The notes beneath the pieces were generated by a model. That model was not told the origin of the DNA, did no database searches, and saw only the letters and a program-made list of their open reading frames with translations. DNA of 40,787 bases, from positions 1-40,787 of the forward strand of contig JAQVRY010000002.1 in the NCBI GenBank assembly GCA_028700795.1, read 5' to 3'. The position numbers and the translations under genes were made by a program. This DNA is from Tissierellia bacterium. Lineage in GTDB: Bacteria; Bacillota; Clostridia; Tissierellales; Sedimentibacteraceae. Of the stretch, positions 37,821 to 40,787 are shown piece after piece. Numbering within the stretch: the stretch's first letter is position 1; each line of letters begins with the position of its first letter.

Positions 37821-38221
37821 TTTTTTATACACCTTACTACAGTGCCAAGAATTCCATTAATGAATTTATGAGAATCTTCATTTGAATATTTCTTGCTTAT
37901 TTCCACTGCTTCATTAATTGATACACTTTCAGGTATTGTTTCATTAAATAATATTTCAGAAAGAGCTATACGCAAAACTGCAAGGTCAACCTTTGCAATA
38001 CGGGAGATCTTCCAGTCCCTTGAATTATCGGTAATATGTTTGTCTATTTCTTCCATATTATCAATCATATCAAATATTGTTTTATTTAAATAATCAACAT
38101 CTACGTCTTCAAGCTCAAAATGCTCTAAATACTCTGTCAAATTATTTCTGTTAAATTCTTTGTTTACATCCATACTGTATGCAATCTTTACAGCTTCTTC
38201 TCTTGTTTCTTTTCGTTTCAT
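37817..38221 (-). CDS. nusB: Transcription antitermination factor NusB
   Basis: WKISRIAKVD, INEAVE and FINGILG. Confidence 0.95.
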   Translation of the reverse strand: MKRKETREEAVKIAYSMDVNKEFNRNNLTEYLEHFELEDVDVDYLNKTIFDMIDNMEEIDKHITDNSRDWKISRIAKVDLAVLRIALSEILFNETIPESVSINEAVEISKKYSNEDSHKFINGILGTVVRCIKK

Positions 38222-38292
38222 GTTAACTCCTGATACTCAAATGAGTTTGACCTACCGGCCATTTTTTCATAAAGGGGGTAGGTCATATATGC

Positions 38293-38694
38293 TTATTCTA
38301 ATGATATGTCGGAAGCTTCCTTGTCCTTTTCTACTTTTTCCTGTATTTTTTCCTGAACAATATTAAGTACATGGACATTAACAGCTGCCACCTGCAAGTC
38401 TGTCATAGTTTCAATTTCTTTCTTTATTGCTAGTTGAACTTCTCTTGCTACTTCGTTTATTTTATAGCCATATTCAACATTGATAAAAATGTCCAATACT
38501 ACTGTTTCTTCAGTAACCTCAACTTTTATACCTTTTGAATAATTGTTTTTTGAAAATAGGTTGGTAATTCCGTCGGTTACGCCTGTACGAGCAGTATTAA
38601 CACCTTTAACTTGGCTTGCTGCAATTCCTGCAATAATTATTACAACATCATCGGATATTTTTACCTGACCAAATTCAAATTTTTCATTGTCCAT
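38293..38694 (-). CDS. Asp23/Gls24 family protein (YqhY-like)
   Basis: GQVKISDDV, SKGIKV and MTDL..VNVHV; lies upstream of nusB. Confidence 0.9.
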   Translation of the reverse strand: MDNEKFEFGQVKISDDVVIIIAGIAASQVKGVNTARTGVTDGITNLFSKNNYSKGIKVEVTEETVVLDIFINVEYGYKINEVAREVQLAIKKEIETMTDLQVAAVNVHVLNIVQEKIQEKVEKDKEASDISLE

Positions 38695-38735
38695 AGAGCA
38701 CCTCCTAAAATAATTATAGCAGATATTGTAATTTA

Positions 38736-39383
38736 TTACAAATCAATATTATCAAATTTTACTATTTTTATTTGAGAAGGTGTGTAATTTGTTTCAGAAA
38801 CAACTACATCCAAAATTATTGTGGCATCTGCCTGTTCCACGGTATCATTTGTAACAACTTTAACCATGCTTTCATCTACAATGGCAATTGATTCATTATA
38901 CCCCTTTGATTGAAGCATAAGCTCGATTCCCTGTTCTGCTTCAATAAATGAATTCTTTTTCAATAAAAGCTGCTCAAATTGGTCCTTTGTGTTATCGGAT
39001 ATCAAAGCTGAGCTTAAACTTCCTTCAAGATAGTCCAACACATCTATGTTGCCTTTTTCTTTATTCAGCTTGAAGTTAGCAAAGTTAACATTTAAAACAC
39101 CAAGGACACCTTCCGATGAAGCTTCTTCAACTGACGATAAATCGGTAATATCGCCTAAAATTTCATAGTCTGTTTCCTCCGGCAATATTTCGGCAAAATC
39201 AACTTCATTTACTCCGCCCTCAATTATTTCTGCAATGTCACCTTCCAAATCTGCCGGCTCCATCTGGCCTGTTTCAAGATCATCAAATGCATTATCCGGC
39301 GTCAAGCTCATATTTATATACCCAATAATAAATATTATTGCCAGAGATGCTAAAAATACTAATGTTTCTTTTCTCATTATCAT
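38736..39383 (-). CDS. spoIIIAH: SpoIIIAH-like protein
   Basis: N-terminal TM with GYIN, FxxxKL, IExMLxSKGY; last gene of the spoIIIA run. Confidence 0.75.
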   Translation of the reverse strand: MIMRKETLVFLASLAIIFIIGYINMSLTPDNAFDDLETGQMEPADLEGDIAEIIEGGVNEVDFAEILPEETDYEILGDITDLSSVEEASSEGVLGVLNVNFANFKLNKEKGNIDVLDYLEGSLSSALISDNTKDQFEQLLLKKNSFIEAEQGIELMLQSKGYNESIAIVDESMVKVVTNDTVEQADATIILDVVVSETNYTPSQIKIVKFDNIDL

Positions 39384-39393
39384 AATTACCCCC

Positions 39394-39939
39394 TTAGTTA
39401 ATAACTATTATTTCAATATCATTTAATTTGATATCCAATAAAGTTTTTACAGAATTCATAAGAATACTGTAAATATCTTTATTACCATTGTAATTTACTA
39501 CTACAAGCACACCGGATATTTCAGGATATTGGTAATACCGCTCAACTACTGAACTATCCCTTCCTAATATTACTTTATTTTGTTTTGTCTCTCTGTTCAC
39601 CTCTCTTCTAGTACCGTCACTCATAGATTCAATATTCGTTTCATTGCTTATGCTTTCATCATAAACAGGTTCCAGTACAGGAGTTTTCTTAGTGTAAATC
39701 ATTACATCCACACTATTAATATCGTCTACTTTTCCGAGTATTTCCTCCATTCTTTTTTCTAATGCATATACATAGCTTTCTGTTTTCACTTCACTATCTT
39801 GATAACTTACAGGGTCTTGTGCTGAGAATTGTGAAAAGTCAAGTTTCAATATTAAAGATATTATCACCAGCAATATGAAAACATTGACTGCATAGCTTAA
39901 TTTTTTGTTTTCCTTTAGCATTTTTAAAAAATTATTCAT
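39394..39939 (-). CDS. spoIIIAG: Stage III sporulation protein AG-like
   Basis: Y..LE.R...IL, VDVMI and PEISGVLVV. Confidence 0.75.
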   Translation of the reverse strand: MNNFLKMLKENKKLSYAVNVFILLVIISLILKLDFSQFSAQDPVSYQDSEVKTESYVYALEKRMEEILGKVDDINSVDVMIYTKKTPVLEPVYDESISNETNIESMSDGTRREVNRETKQNKVILGRDSSVVERYYQYPEISGVLVVVNYNGNKDIYSILMNSVKTLLDIKLNDIEIIVIN

Positions 39940-40375
39940 ATGCTCCTCCGTTTATATCTATGTTATCTGAGTTTAGTTGAAAAATTTCAGCTATATTTGA
40001 TTTCAATTTATCGAGCTCATCATTTCCAATCATCTTTCTTAGGTAGACTATGGCTGATATTTGCATGTCCTCGGTAAATCTTAAGGTAATATTTGAAACC
40101 ACTTCCTCTTGGAAATTTTCTTCATTAATTGCTTCAATAATTTCAGGAGAAATGCTTTTCACGTTTACTTCTCTCTGAAATACAGGGACATCGGTTGTTA
40201 TCGGCAATTTTACATTCATGCTCCCACTAAGAAATATATTATCCAAAATGAAAATAATGATTAAAAGTTTAATAGATATTCTGCAGAATTTCTGTGTCTT
40301 ACCCTCCGGAAAAATTATCATTATTAAATTAAAAATCAATATTAATATTAATGTGTTCACAATCGTTGTTTTCAT
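39932..40375 (-). CDS. spoIIIAF: Stage III sporulation protein AF-like
   Basis: Two N-terminal TM segments around P-x-G; synteny. Confidence 0.65.
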   Translation of the reverse strand: MKTTIVNTLILILIFNLIMIIFPEGKTQKFCRISIKLLIIIFILDNIFLSGSMNVKLPITTDVPVFQREVNVKSISPEIIEAINEENFQEEVVSNITLRFTEDMQISAIVYLRKMIGNDELDKLKSNIAEIFQLNSDNIDINGGAYE

Positions 40376-40377
40376 AG

Positions 40378-40787
40378 TTATCCTAATATGTTATTCATAT
40401 AATTTATTATTATCGAGTAGTAAACAGTGACAATTACTATTGGAGTAATAAGGCATATAAGGTAAATATAGAATATATCCGCCATTTCATAAATTAAATT
40501 GGATATATTTTCGTTAAAAGGTTCCGTCAGTACCCCTAATACCTTGTATACAATAAGTGCTATACTAATCTTTATTATTGAGCCGCCAAATGATGACACA
40601 ATGAAAATTATTACTACAATTCCAAGTACATCCTTTATCATCAATAAACTTTTCAAAAATACACCGAAGAAAGATGTTACAGCATTTCCCACAACAGGCA
40701 ATGATGCTGGTGACATTGCCTTTATTGAGCTTATAAAAATATTATCTGTTTTATATAATATATATCCTTGTACAGAAAAATTTATGA
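40378..40787 (-). CDS. spoIIIAE: Stage III sporulation protein AE, C-terminal part (5' end outside the window)
   Basis: Frame stays open to the window edge (INFSVQG...); PVVG, IKxxxG and EP motifs; synteny. Confidence 0.7.
   Translation of the reverse strand, partial: INFSVQGYILYKTDNIFISSIKAMSPASLPVVGNAVTSFFGVFLKSLLMIKDVLGIVVIIFIVSSFGGSIIKISIALIVYKVLGVLTEPFNENISNLIYEMADIFYIYLICLITPIVIVTVYYSIIINYMNNILG

Noticed and set aside
412-40430. All plus-strand ORFs in the track and the short alternative-frame minus ORFs (19251-19463, 21155-21451)
   Set aside because: They overlap well-supported genes or promoter DNA, lack RBS and recognisable motifs, and look like shadow ORFs.

Overview
AT-rich chromosomal segment of an anaerobic, spore-gene-carrying Bacillota (Firmicutes); a Tissierellia/Clostridia-like organism is my inference from gene order and the IspH-S1 fusion. 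All ~44 credible genes are on the minus strand. From ~10.6 kb to the end it is conserved core and sporulation backbone: spoIIIAE-AH, asp23, nusB, tsaD-like, xseAB, tlyA, argR, recN, spoIVB, spo0A, nudF, spoIIM, xerD-like, deoB, dacF, scpAB, gerW, dacB, rluB, 2-oxoacid:ferredoxin oxidoreductase, rpiR, cmk, plsC, ispH-rpsA and three M42 peptidases. The standout is a ~9 kb accessory module (1.5-10.5 kb) bracketed by GGGAC/GTCCC palindromes. In it a sigma54 activator, with a visible -24/-12 promoter and three candidate enhancer sites, precedes an apparent operon: MFS transporter, COG0523 GTPase whose CxCC motif is replaced by HxHED, DUF362 Fe-S protein with a LarA-like His-x9-Lys motif, truncated His-poor LarC, MoaD, and aldehyde:ferredoxin oxidoreductase. 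This is a candidate uncharacterised metallo-cofactor catabolic system. Other oddities are a 31-unit tripeptide repeat linker in IspH-S1 and a XerD homolog with a degenerate catalytic site. No rRNA, tRNA, CRISPR array or intact mobile element was seen. All family calls come from motif recognition, not database searches.
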